Made by a program: the position numbers and the translations under genes. 58,368 nucleotides of DNA from Bigelowiella natans CCMP2755 (Eukaryota; Protista; Cercozoa): assembly GCA_000320545.1 (NCBI GenBank), contig ADNK01001868.1, positions 1 through 58,368 on the forward strand, read 5' to 3'. The notes beneath the pieces were generated by a model. The model did not search any database, had not been told where the DNA came from, and saw nothing but the letters and a program-made list of their open reading frames with translations. Positions 40,839 to 54,149 of the stretch are shown here, piece after piece. Position 1 is the stretch's first letter. Each line of letters begins with the position of its first letter.

Positions 40839-43600
40839 CTAATATAAATAAATATATGTGCGCGCGCGCGCGCACCATGGCTTCCACGTTAACATCTAAA
40901 AGGCCAAACATCTGGTTGTTACCATAATTTTGGGTCATTTTTTGGATTTCGTTCGGAATGGTAGACGGGGAGGGGGGGGGGGGGGTGTGAGAGGTGAGAA
41001 TGAGAGTCGAGTTCTCGACCGATTTATTTTTTGCACGAGAGGGAGGGATTAAGTCGAATCGCTTCTTCTTTTCCCCCTGAGAGAGCCAACGAGTTCCTCG
41101 TTTCATTTCTCAATGAAGAATGTGCGAGGAGGCCGTTTTTACAACACCTCTCTCTCCTCCCCCCTCCTTAAAAACAACTAAAAATGCAGGACAAAGGAGA
41201 AGAGGCACTGTGCGCAACGAAAGGACGATGGCGCAGCAGCAGCTAAACATCGGTGGAAGAAGTGTCTCCGCCTTCCTGAGTCCGCTTCCCCCCCCTACAC
41301 ACCTGCAGCAGCTCAAGCGCTTGTCTAAGGGCCTTCCCCCTAAGAGAATGGTTGAATTTGGTGAGAATTGCGTCCCGATCGACGCCCAGTGGATTCCCCT
41401 CCCCCCCCTCCCCTTTGGCATTGAGTGGTTTCCAAAGATCCGCACCAAACTGTGCAATATCACGACCCCCCTCCCATGGGTAAAGGTTGTGGGGTGAGGA
41501 AGGGAAACCATGGAAAGTTGGAAAAGGGGGGGGGGGGGGGAGAGAGAGAGAGAGAGAGAGTGCGCCCAATCCGTTTCCTTCTCCTCTATCATTATGCATA
41601 TGTCGCACTGAAAACAACGTTTCTCCTCCTCCTCCTAGCATCAGCTACCCCCCCCCCCGCCTCATCACCTCGATAACGCCATCCCAATCGACTGTGCCAT
41701 CCTCCCTCATGATCACGCGGAAAGATCCGCTCTCCTCCTCCATTCCCTCGCCGCCTTCGCTCGTGCTGCCTACACTGCTGCTGTTGGTTCTCTCCGAGCT
41801 ACCAGGGACTACTACGGAAGTGTCTGCCGGTGCTGCACGTTGGTCCTGTTTCTGCATCGTTTGCTGCCGACGTGGGGGCGTGCGATGTCGGCGTGACGGG
41901 GGCCTGCAGTGGGCAGCGGGTGGTAAGAGCAGCAAAGAGAACAGGGGTGAGGTTTGCGTAACAGTGGTGGTGGTGATGGTGGTGGTGGCGGTGGTGATGA
42001 TACACAGAGGATTAGCGAAAAGCAAAAATAAAAAACGAGCCGCGCATGACCGTCCTGCGTACACATCGACATATCCTACTCACCACCTTGCTGTTGTGGC
42101 AGCAGCGGCAGTGGTAGTATCGGGTTCAAAGGCGTCGTCCTCATTCTCAGCTCTATTCATTTCCCCACTCTTCACTGCCCCAGAAGAGACGCCGGCGATC
42201 GCGTCCTCATGAGCTTTTGCAGCAGCAACAACGCCTTGCTCCTGCTGCTCAGCGGCCACCGCTACTTTGCCAGCAGCTGAATTCCATGATGAAGATTGCT
42301 GTGACGGGGTTGATGATGAGGAGGAGACTTGCTCCCCAGCAGCGGTGACTGTCGTTGTTTCTCCTGCTGTGCTTGAGCTCGCATCAACGGTGGGGGGATG
42401 ATTGCCGCTTCTGATTTGATGTGAAGCAACGAGTCAGCAAGGAGAAGCAAAGCACGGGAAATGCAGCAATTAGGCTTATTGTTGTACTCGTCTGCTATTT
42501 GTTTCAGGCCTTCAAGAGCAATGTTGACTCTATCACAAAATCCGTCGAGCTCCTACGAGAAAGTGGGGAGGATGCGAAGGAACAAGGTCGGAGAGAATTC
42601 GGCATCATGGATGATGCGGAAAGGAAGGGGGGAGAGGGGATATTATCTTCAATTGCTGGAGAAGCAAATCTGCATCAGATTGAAGATGGGTCGACTATGT
42701 GACATGATGGAATGACGCACCTCAGCCCCAAGGACAGACTCCAGCTGGCGACGTTTGTCGCCAACGACTTGCTGGATCACCGAGAGGTTGCGGTACAGCA
42801 TCTGGATGCAAGATAGGAATTGCACCGTGTCAGAACTGAAGAATCTACAAGCGCACAGGAGGAAAAGGACTGTGAAAAATCTCGCCCCGCAACGAACCTT
42901 ATAGTTGGGCAGCGGGACATTGGGGAAGGGTGCTCCATTCCTTACTCCGACGGATCCCGCAGCAAGCTGGTGTTCAGCACGAAACGGCGCGTCAAAACCG
43001 CATCAAGGGGGGGGAACGAAACAAATACGAACTGCATATGTATCATTGCGTACGAACTAAACGAACCTTGAGCGCAAACTCTGCAATGATGAGATCCTGA
43101 CGGACATCGACGAGAAATCTACGGCTCTGGAGGCGACGCCATCTATGCGTCTTCAGCGCTTGGCAACCAACCCCGACGTTCTCTACTTTCTGGAGTTGAT
43201 CAATCCCCCCAGCGACCCTTGTGGTTGACCTTGCGAATCGTCCGTACCTGATGGGAGATTTGTCGTGGAAAAGGTTAAAATAGGAGAAAACAAATTAGGA
43301 AAAAGTTTGTTACCGTTTGGCCTCCCACATTTGCTGATGGGGAGTTAATGAAGAACTCCGCATTCGGAGGACACTAGCTTTCGTCTTTGAAGGGGAAGGA
43401 AGGAAAGAGGGCTGAGATGCAAGACCCTTTGTCCGCAGAGAATTTGCATCTCTAAAGACCTGGCCCCTGCCCTGCATCTTTCCGGCTTCATCCCCTACCC
43501 AAACCAGTGATATCGCGAGCGATAACACTAAGGAAGCTAAGATGGCGATTCTTGCAAAATGTGTTGCCGTCTTGGGCCGCGGGGGCTTCGACCTCGACAT
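38761..43600 (-). CDS. Plastid-type LETM1-like domain protein with bipartite leader
   Basis: C-terminal exons MAIDFYGLGTKLLGNDIQ|YSAWLIARAIKGDTLKPREARMLQRTAKDLFTLVPCTIILLIPLTPVGHVLVFSAIQKYFPDFYPSPYT|..ERQNLVRLYQEI resemble algal/plant LETM1-like proteins from memory. The N-terminus has a hydrophobic signal (IAILASLVLSLAISLVWV) and an S/R-rich stretch. Middle exons are partly unresolved. Confidence 0.75.
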
Positions 43601-44309
43601 TTGAGGAGGACAAGGGGGGTCTAGTGAGATTGAGGGAGACGCGCCCTGAGCCTACGACCCCATTCGTAGGCCGAATTTTTAACTTCAAGGCAAGATCTTA
43701 ACGAATGGAATTGCCAAGCGATTATCGAAATATCTAAAATAATGTGCGCATAATTGATGTCTTTCTGATAAAATATGCAGCAATTGTGCATATTGTTGTT
43801 TTGGTAGCCTACTGTACAAGCTTCGACTCAAATTCTTATGGTTCATGTGCCTGGGCGCAGGTGAAATATTCCCTTTGGTTGTGACTTTACGACATGAAAT
43901 GAGCACGAATTTCGATGAAAATTAGGCTGGATCTCCTATGCAGCTTAAATTAGTGGATGTGCATGTGCGACATAATCAAAGAGGTATCGACAGAGAATAA
44001 TCACCTGGAAAAAAAACAAGGGATGAGTGGCTCCCGACAACCGAAAACCGTGTATATGTTAAGGTAAAATTCCACCGTATTTTTATCTACGACAGGAACT
44101 TTATTTTGCCCTCATATGCATTTCCGCTACATTTCATTCGATGTAAGTCCCGAAGATCCCGCTCAGAATGGGGTATTTCAACGTAAAATCCTCTGCATCT
44201 TGCATCATGGAGGGATCCAGATGCTCCGAAGAATATCTGAAATAAGTTACCCTTATAAAATCCGGAGCTCCGTCCCCCCTATCCGAAAAGCATATTGGAA
44301 GCAAGCGCT

Positions 44310-45531
44310 ATGGAGGGGATAAAAGAGTTCATAAATCGTCGATTCAAAGGACAGGAGCCATGGCAGATTGCTCTGAAGACCGCATGTGCTACCACAGCCC
44401 TCTTCGGAGCTGGCCGAGTTGCGTGCGACATCAACGAGATGGGGTATTCCTCACAGTCTTTGTTTGCACGCTCGCTACCTTTTGAGTAAAAATTGTCTGA
44501 AATCATTCGTCTTCAGATTCGGAGAGTACGCATTGAGCATCGCCAAACAAACACCATTCCTCAAGGACATCATTGAAAACGAGGTGCGGAAGAATAGATT
44601 TGTCCGCTTCAAGGCAAACTAACAAAACATCCCCCTCTTTGACTTCCAGATGGCAAAGGAGGGCAAAAAAGTCGGGATGTCTATTACTTCAAAGGAAGTG
44701 TAAGTTTCTAATTGTCATTCCACTCGGAGTCTGGGCAATTTTGGGGCACAGGGCTGGTCGTGGGGGGTATTGCATTACAAGTGCGGGGAACTGTAGAAAT
44801 TATTCATTTATGAAGACTCTGTCAGCGACATTCTCCAGAGTATAACATTACATTAAATCCACCTAGACGCGTTCCATTAAAAAAATTCTCACATATGCGC
44901 ACACCACACGCGCGCACGTTCACAGCTTAGAATGGCCGGTAAACGCCCAGCTGCCAAGCAAAGGGGTAAGCCGCGAGGATTTGATGAAGGACCTCGCAAA
45001 GTGGGCGGAAATTGAGCGAACTAAGTACGGCAAGGGTCAGGTAGATTCCATTATAATCGCCACTGCAGAAAACGCGCCTTTCGTGCTCCATCAATGACCA
45101 TCCTCCTCCTTATTCGATCTAAGGTTTCAGGAACGGTGTACCATGGAGAGAAGGATCTCTACGACTTCATCGCTCAGATCTACAGTCTTTTCTGCCTGTC
45201 TAATCCGCTGCATCCATCTACATTTCCCTTCGTGCAGAAAATGGAATCGGAGGTCGAAATCATGATTGCCTTCGTCAGTTCGCTCCTGTCGTCGTTCTCT
45301 GTGTTATGTGTTTTCCGAGCCATGTGATATCCATACAGGGGGCTATAACCTAACATCTTGGGCGTGTGTTGGCAAGTAGGTTGTGTCTATGACCCTAAAC
45401 ATCTTCCAAGCCCCAACGGCAGATTACTGTGGTGTGACAACCAGTGGAGGAACGGAGTCCATCTGCATGGCCATGAAGGTAATGCTCGTAACACACAGAC
45501 ACACATGCACATGTGTACTCGATGTATATAA

Positions 45532-45580
<49 letters not shown>

Positions 45581-46399
45581 CGTGCTGGTGCTGTGGATTG
45601 GCTATAGGCTTACCGGGATCAGGGGTATGCTCGAGGCATCCGGCGCCCTGAAATCATAGCTTGCGTCACTGCACATGCTGCGTTTGACAAGGTGCTACTA
45701 CTACTACTACTACTACTACTACTGCTACAAAATTCCTACCCCCCCCCAAGTGGGCAGTTCATGGAACATCAGTAGCAACGATGGTGATGTGTTTCTCTAT
45801 ATTACTCTTGTCCACCCCCGTTCCTGGCCATCTTGGTTGAAATGGCTGAATTTTATATGTAAAGCGCGGTGGTGGTGCTTATAGTTGCTACTGTTGCTGC
45901 TGTCGCTTTAAAAAAAGGCCGCAAACTACTTCGGCATGAAACTGGTGCACATTCCCAGCGACTCCAAGCACCGCATCGATCTTGCCAAAGCCAAGAAGGT
46001 ACAGTTCATGTTCCTTCATTTCCCCCACCCCACAACCAACACACCGTCACAATCATTACGAACAATTCGAATTATTTCTTGGAACCTCCTGCGTGGCGGC
46101 GAGAGTAATGGATGAATGCCAATTCTCCATCAGTATGCTCACCCTCTGCTACTTCCAGGCGATTTCGCGGAACACTGTGGTCATCGTGTGCTCTGCGCCA
46201 TCATACGCACAGGGGACGATTGATCCAGTGGAGGAGATGGCAGACATCGTGTCGAAAGCGGAGAGCCAGTGGGGCTACAAGATCGGGCTGCATGTCGACT
46301 GTTGTTTGGGCGGCTTCCTAGCGCCATTCGTACGTCTCATGCCGGAGTATAAATTGCCCAAGTTCGACTTCTCCGTGCCTCAGGTGCGTGTGTGAGTGG

Positions 46400-46431
<32 letters not shown>

Positions 46432-46483
46432 TGGTGATATCCTACTATCGTTTTGAATATATTTTTACATGTAGTAATTAAAT

Positions 46484-46521
<38 letters not shown>

Positions 46522-46992
46522 TATATATGTATCGATTCATGGACAACACAGTACAAACAATAATCCTCTCACCTCCCCTTCCCTCTCTACAAGGTTACCT
46601 CGATTTCCGCCGACACCCATAAGTATGGCTACTCGCCGAAGGGCACATCCGTGCTAATGTTCAGCTCCAACGAGCTCAGGTTGCTTCAACGCGCACATGT
46701 TGTGTGTGTGTGTGTGTGTGTGTGTTGTGTGCGTGCTGTATGTGTGTTGTATGTGCGTGAAACATAGCGGATCAAAAACCATGCGCAAATGGCAAATTTT
46801 TGTTTGTGCGGAACGTGCTGTTTCCGTAGGCGGCAGATGTACTTCACCGCGCCCAAGTGGACGGGGGGCATCTATGCAACGCCATCGATGTCGGGGTATG
46901 TAAGCGTGTTTTGTTCGTCCGTGCGTGTGCGTGTGTGCATCCCAATCAATTTCGAATTTTATCTTCCATCTCATCTACACTGTCTTCGTTGC

Positions 46993-47026
<34 letters not shown>

Positions 47027-47276
47027 GTTGCTCTTCGTCAGATCTAGACCAGGAGGGCTGATAGCAGCAACATGGGGCACCATGATGCACATGGGCATGG
47101 AGGTTTGCTTTTGTCCACTCTCTCCCTCTCTCCCTCCCTCTCTCTGATCCATCCATCAAATCTTCCATTCATTCATTCGTCCATGCTCAGGGTTACATGA
47201 ACGCCTCGAGAGCGATAATGGAGACCGCCACGATCATTAAGGAGGGGGTCAGCAAAATCCCAGGCTTGGAGGTAGC

Positions 47277-47318
<42 letters not shown>

Positions 47319-48031
47319 TTCTCTCTCCCTCTCTATCTAATTTATTTACCGTTATTGCTTTCGTAGGTCATGGGAGGTCCAGAGCTCTCTGTCGTAGGTA
47401 ACTACTACCTACCCCCCCCCCCCCCTCTCTGTGTGCGTGTGTGTGTGATGGTGTTCCCAGATTGTTATCTGTAATTTATGGACCACTTTTGCTGGTGCTG
47501 GCTGCCGCTGCAACCCCTTATTCTTCTTGTTTGTCTTCGTCCCCCCTCCCCCCTCCCCAGGCATCCGATCGACGAATCCAGAGTTGAACATCTACGCCGT
47601 GGGCGCCGCCATGGGCCACGATGGGGGGCACGAGTGGGAGCTCAACATGCTGCAGAACCCCGCTTGCATCCACATCTGCTGCACGTACATCCACAAGGGA
47701 CTCGGCCCTAAATTCGTGAAGGAGATCCAGGAGTCAGTCGAGGTGATAGCGATGGGTTGTTGATGATGATGATGGAAAAAGAATAACATGCGTATTATTA
47801 TTAAGAATCGGTTTCTTCCCTCTTTGTTGTTGTTGTTGTTGTTTTGTGTTGTCACGGCAACGAACGAATGGATAAAATCTTGGTGGTACGGCGGACGGCA
47901 GCACGTTCTTGCGAACAAGGAGAAGTACGCGAAAAACTCCACCGTGGCTATCTACGGCACAACTAAGGTACTCGTGCTGTGGGAGATCCATTGAGTTATT
48001 CGCACCCCTCATTTCTGGCAAAGTGAGAAAA

Positions 48032-48078
<47 letters not shown>

Positions 48079-48358
48079 GCAACAAATTAAATGCCTTTTT
48101 CTCGAGTTGCGTTTTTCTCTTGGCATGATCATGATTGCGTTATTATCATTGCCATTGGTCAGGTCGTGCCTCCTTCCATGGTTGGCGAGCTCAGCAAGTC
48201 CTTCATCGACGCTCTGTTCAAGGTACAGAAGGGTAGTAGTGTTTGACTCCCCTATTACTATTTTTCTGGGAATTGGATTGATTGAAACGCAATGTGTCGT
48301 GACTACTCAGCTTCCAGAGCCTCAGCAAGCGGATGAAGAGGCGAAGGACGGGAAGTGA
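44310..48358 (+). CDS. SGPL1: Sphingosine-1-phosphate lyase (PLP-dependent)
   Basis: [27 protein letters not shown]|[24 protein letters not shown] lysine in [46 protein letters not shown]. Confidence 0.96.
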
Positions 48359-49145
48359 AATGGGGCTACTACGGATTCCAAGATTGTTCATATGTATTAG
48401 AATTTTAACGTGTTAATAAGCAATACGATCTAGATGTCGTCTGGACATATATATGTACGGAGGCTTTATGTGATTATCTACGACGATAGCATCTTGAGTT
48501 TTACACAGCACGCTGTGTCTAGACGACATGCATGCTGGAGGGTATATGATTGTCGCGTGCGGGCTATATCTTGCATGCTGCATGCATCACCTAGATAAGA
48601 TCGAGATGCTATTGTACAATTTGAACAGCAGCTAGTAATGCTACGCGCCCTGGTTTCACTCATAAAACTTTATTCATTACATGACGACATATAGCGCTTA
48701 GCAGCCATGCTAGATAGCATGATGATGGAAGTTATTAATGCGATATCATTGCGCCAAATCACATGCTTGCTATAGCATCACATAGCTAGATAGCTTGCCC
48801 GCACCTTTCTAGCGTTTCTCGACGTGTGGTGTGTGTGCATGCGCATCACTAGATCGGCCTAGAGATATACGATTGTGTTGGTTGTGGCATTGCGCTGGCT
48901 TACGCGCACTGCTTAATTATGTCTTGAATGAAGTTTGTAGCACCGCAGGCGCAATGTTACATGCATGTGCCTTATTAGCATAGCAGCCATGCTAGCATGC
49001 TAAGCAGCATTCTAGCATTGCCGGGCGACGCAACGTCTATATGCAATCATACGAAAAAAGTTATGCTTTTCCTACGCTTTCAAAATTCTTTGGATCAATG
49101 TAATTCCTCCTCGGTATATCTTTTCATCTGAGTCAGCAGCATGTT

Positions 49146-50869
49146 CTACTTCTCCTGTGTCTTCGAATCATCCTCTTTCTCGCTGTCGTCGTTGCTAGCT
49201 TTCTTCTCCGTGTGGTGTTTCTTAGCCTCTTCTTTCGCTGCTTTCGGAGCCATAGCATTGCCCAGGTACCTTCGGGGAAATGTACGTTAGATTGAACTCA
49301 CATATTTGGTAAAGATAGGGGCTGTGAGATTGGTAGCAGAAATATCATGATGATGATGATGATGACGATGATAGGAAAATTTTTTGAATTAATCATCTGT
49401 GAATCCTTGTTTCAGAGCAAGCTAAAATGCCGAGTGCAACAAGCATCGTTCGTGGTACATCTGCTCTTTCGCTGCAACGTCCTTCTCTATGTGCACGATG
49501 TTTGCGCTGTAATAACAATTGGAAAGAGTAGGAGAGTGACGAAGAGATTCAGTAATCACGAAATTACGAGTTAAAAGTCCATTTGGGTTAGTGGGCGATG
49601 TCTATGTACTTTATTGTCTTTTGCGACTCCATGATGTTCTTCATAATCACATCCCGCTGATTCCTCTCCGCGGTTTCGAAGCTGAAAATTAGAGAGAGGG
49701 GAGAAAGAGTAGTTTTGGTTGAGACACGATACAGAACAGGTATATACACGGGCCACAGCTCATCTCAACGGATCACGGAAGTAATGAGTTAAAGAAGCAT
49801 AGAAGAGTCAAACATGCAAAGTAATTCAAAACAAGGGTACCTCTTGCGCTTGCTCAAGCAACCAAGGATATCGTGCATCTTGATCAGCTGGGGGGAGGAG
49901 GAGGAGAACAAGGATAGAATCGTTTAAACAAGCACGACCAAACAGGACACAAATAAAAACCATGAAACTTTAACTTCAGGTGTAATCGTTCGGCAACTTT
50001 CATCCTCCCCTTCTCTTCTATTTCCTCCCCACCACCGCATATCTTACCTTCTGGCGCTCGTTAAGAGTCTTGATGCGTCCTTCTGACTTTGCGATGAATC
50101 TGGCTTCTTCCTTCAGCTCCTCCTTAATCTGTAGAAAGGGGGCCGGAGAAAGACGGGGAGCAGATGGAGAGCAAACAGAAATTGAGTCTCACAAATTTGT
50201 TGCAATCGAGGTGGTGATAGAGAACCTGATTGAGCTCCATAATTTTCTTGTTCAGGTAAGCGGTCATCTGCTCGACGTAAAGCTATGGAGAGGGGGTCCA
50301 ATGAGGGTATAATTCAGCGTTGAGGGAAGAGTGCGGACAGAGAAATAAGTACGAATACGAGAAGACAGTGACTTCTGCTTTTGTGAGGAATAAGAAATCG
50401 TGTTGAATTGGCAATTCCATTCGGCTCTGCATACCCTTCTTTGCTGAGCGAAAGGCTTCTCCTGTTCCAGTCTCGAGGCCAGCTTGGTCTGCTGCATACG
50501 GATCCTTTGGATTTCGGAGACGGTTTGAATGCGAAGAGGGCAAGCGGGGACCTGATTGATGAATAGAATCCTATTAACAAATCTTCGATGGTGAGGAAGA
50601 GCGGGAATGCTGCATCCAGCATAATCACAGCCGTCTACTCGTTGCAGATGGCGAGAAAGAGTCACAGAGATACAAGTGCAAGGAGCCCTTAAGACTTCAT
50701 TTTTTCTGTTTTCTCTATAACCACCCTACCACCCCAGCCTACGGAAGGAATTCACTGCCGATCCTTTTTAAAATAGTGTTTTGGCAACTACCTCCGAAAT
50801 CTGGCTGGCTTCATGGGTGTAGTCCGCTGGAGTGTCCACTGAGAAGTCATCATGGACAACAGGAACCAT
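49146..50869 (-). CDS. Hypothetical coiled-coil protein
   Basis: GT-AG exons read ...EIQRIRMQQTKLASRLEQEKPFAQQRR|LYVEQMTAYLNKKIMELNQ|IKEELKEEARFIAKSEGRIKTLNERQK|LIKMHDILGCLSKRK...|...SKTQEK*. Start codon uncertain. Confidence 0.55.
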
Positions 50870-51500
50870 GGCGAAAGCTGGAGCCTGCCACTATAAAAAT
50901 AAGATAGGTTTTTTAGAAAAAGACAGATTTTGAATGAGTGTTCTATGCTCAATGTTATCTGTTTGTCATTTAAGTATTAAATATAGATATACTAACCTGA
51001 TTACTAGTGCTGTTGACCAAGGCCTCTATCTGAGCATTCACGGTCGCTTCTGTACGCATAACTTCAGAGATCACACCTTCACCATAAACCTTGAAATACA
51101 AAATCATTGTTACTTCCAAAGAACCAATGGTAAGTGGAGCTATGGGCAAGGGTGTGAACGTGCCGACCTTGGTGGAAAACAGTGTGGCGGCAAAGAGCAG
51201 AGAGAGCATCGGCATGGTAGGAGTGGGGATGCGATTTTTGAATTTGAATCAGATGCTGCCGAAAAGATCTTTCAGAGAAAAGAAAAATCTGAAAACGCAA
51301 GCCATTTTGACGGAAATACTACCTTTTTAATGGGCAAAATGGGATATTCGATGGAATCATGGACTAATAAGCTAAAAAGCGTGTAGAAGCATGTCGTTTT
51401 AAAAATAAATCATGGATTTTATGCAAAGACGATGAATAAACGTCGATCAGTTATGTCTGAATTCTTCGGCCTCCTCATTAAAGAGATATCGAAGCGAAGA

Positions 51501-51935
51501 ATGGGTGAGTCGCAGAAAGGAAGGTGGGCGGGGGGTGGGTTGAGAAACAGGGCTTTCAAGACGCAATTCCTTTGGAATCATGTCTCAGTTTCAAAAATCT
51601 TCGACTATATTATCATGTTATTGTGACCTGATTTCTCACCTGGCGGCCCACTTTCTTAGGAGTCGAGAAAACAACGATTAAAGCAGGTATGGAGAGGGGG
51701 GGTTCTGGTCCTACTTGTTGATGTAGAGTGGGATTCACTGTTAGCTTCATTCGCTTATTACGAAATAATAGACCATCACGAAGTAATAAACCATCAGGTG
51801 ATGGAAAGACCTTCCCAAAGAAGGGCGATGAACTCACCATGCATTACACTGGCACATTCAGCGGAACGCAAAAGGTAGAAACGTCAAGAAAAGCTGATGG
51901 TAGCCGCCATCACGACGATCATAATGATGCTAGTG

Positions 51936-51994
<59 letters not shown>

Positions 51995-52606
51995 CCAAGG
52001 AAGTCTCAAAGGTAGTACTGTTTGTGTTCTAAGGTTTTCGACAGCAGCGTGAGCCGTGGCCAACCCTTCAAGTTCGTTATTGGCATTGGCCAGGTTGCGC
52101 ACAGCGAGAAGCAAAACAGTACTGAGATGATGTCCCCGGGGAGAATATCGAGGGGGGTGGGGGGGGGTTGGGGATTGTTGGTGTAACTGTTGCTCTTGAT
52201 TTGATTCGCAAAATAACATCCCCCCTCCCCTCAGGTGATCAAAGGTTGGGACGAAGGAGTCATGCAGATGAGTAAGGCCAACGCCCCCCTTTAACATCTC
52301 TGCTTCTTCGTTTTCCATGACCTCCTACTCCACGCCATGTTGACTGAAATACGCACTTGCTATTCTTCATCAGGCCTTGGCGAGAAAGCCAAGCTCGCTA
52401 TCTCATCTGATTATGCTTACGGTTCCAGAGGAGCTGGAGGGGCCATTCCTCCCAACTCTGATCTGGATTTTGAGGTCTATTCTCGACGTCCGTTTTTTAA
52501 TATTGAAACACCGTTTTAATGGTACCTGCACACCACTTTCCACTAGGTTGAGCTCCTGAAGATCGGAGGCAGCGGCTCCGACGGTGGAGGATGCACGTTG
52601 ATATGA
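51501..52606 (+). CDS. FKBP12: FKBP12-type peptidyl-prolyl isomerase with a Gly/Ser tail ending in a CaaX box
   Basis: M|GVEKTTIKA|GDGKTFPKKGDELTMHYTGTFSGTQK|VFDSSVSRGQPFKFVIGIGQ|VIKGWDEGVMQM|SLGEKAKLAISSDYAYGSRGAGGAIPPNSDLDFE|VELLKIGGSGSDGGGCTLI*. Confidence 0.95.
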
Positions 52607-53416
52607 TTCGTCAACGAATCTAGAAAGTTTATTAGTTACAAGTGTGCTGCGAATCAAAGCCGAAACGGTGGAATAACTCACGACACGCTTGTATCTTTTG
52701 TCAAAAAACATAACTCGTGGCTATATCGGCATAAAAGACTAATTATGCTTGTCATATTATCTCGATCACGCACAGACATGATACAATTCGATGGCGGATT
52801 TATGTAAAGCGCGCATCTCTATAAAAGTTCACATATGAATTAGATACAAAGCACATGCGGCGCAACAGTCAAATATCACAAGACGACCGTCGCGTCATTT
52901 TGTGCTCATGATTGCTAGATTGTGTAGTACAGCTAGACAGGCTAGCAGGGTATGAATCTGTATGTCTTCTAGCTCTAGTAGCTAGCTAGGCTAGTTAGTG
53001 GGCCTTTGTTCTGTAATATGTGTTTACAGCATGTTCAATTATTATTATTCTAATGTAGCTTTGCAAAGCCGCATCGCAGCTACTGCACTCAAATATTTTA
53101 GCGTGGCCAATAATTAGTGCAGGCAACATTTTCTAGATTTTGCTTTCAGCACATCTAGACACATGTGCTTAGATGTGCATGATCGACGCATGCTAGCATG
53201 TGCATGGCCTGCGATTCCGTACACTGAATTCCTTTTAACTGCTTGCGACTATCCGCTCGCGGAGGTTTCGTAAAAACTTTACATGGAGTGTGACGCACGT
53301 GTTATACGCAATAGATGCAAATCATGCGATGCTAGAATGCTAGAATGCTGTGATGCATATACTGTGTCTCTATCTATGTATGTAAAATTTCGACGAATCA
53401 GCGCTCAACATATTCA

Positions 53417-54101
53417 TTATTTCTTTAGGTTTGTTGCAATAGTATGGATTCCATCTTTGAAGGCCTCGAAGTTGGAGTGCATCACCTGCGGTATTTAGGC
53501 AAATGAAGAGGATGAGGGGGGGAAAGACGATAAGACGAGCACAAGCTTTTATTTGCGTAAAAGACATTATTAACAATGCATTGAGACTGCTCAATGTTAG
53601 TCGTTTTCGCGCATGTCTATTAAGTGCTCCCCCACCTTGTGCACCATCTGCTTATAGTCTTTTGCAGCCTGGTCATCATTGAGCTCGAGTGCGAGCCGAG
53701 ACTGGGGGTGGTGATAGTGCGTTAGTACAAGAAGAGAGGGGAAAATCTGCACAAATCCTCATGAAAAGTAATAGCCCGTAATCTTCTTCTTCTTCTACTT
53801 CTACTAAGCTACCCTGACACAAGTGAGGTTGTCCTTCTTGTTTCCGGCCCAGTCCCCCGTTAAGTAAATGAGGTTCAAAATCAGACATGCGTCACGCCTA
53901 ATCAGCAGTAATTTTTTTTTGGGAGGGGGGGAGGGCGGGGGATAGAGCAGGTCGTCAGGAAAACTCTGTGTTTTACGCTCACACCATTAATGCAAAACGG
54001 CTGACGATGATGACAAATTCGCTCAATGAAGAAGGCACCGATGAAAGTAAAGTAGGCAGATCAAACAAGCCACAGGGTTGCGCTCTCCCGCCCCCCCCTA
54101 T

Positions 54102-54149
<48 letters not shown>

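Noticed and set aside
50934-51386. Overlapping ORFs and an ATG|GTAAGT at 51127 as the FKBP start
   Set aside because: Splicing it to the acceptor at ~51659 is out of frame, whereas ATG G|GTGAGT at 51501 gives the canonical MGVE start. It could be a 5' UTR feature.
51859-52011. Possible GC-AG intron and micro-exon (GSLK) in FKBP
   Set aside because: A canonical GT donor at ~51874 already gives a complete FKBP sequence.
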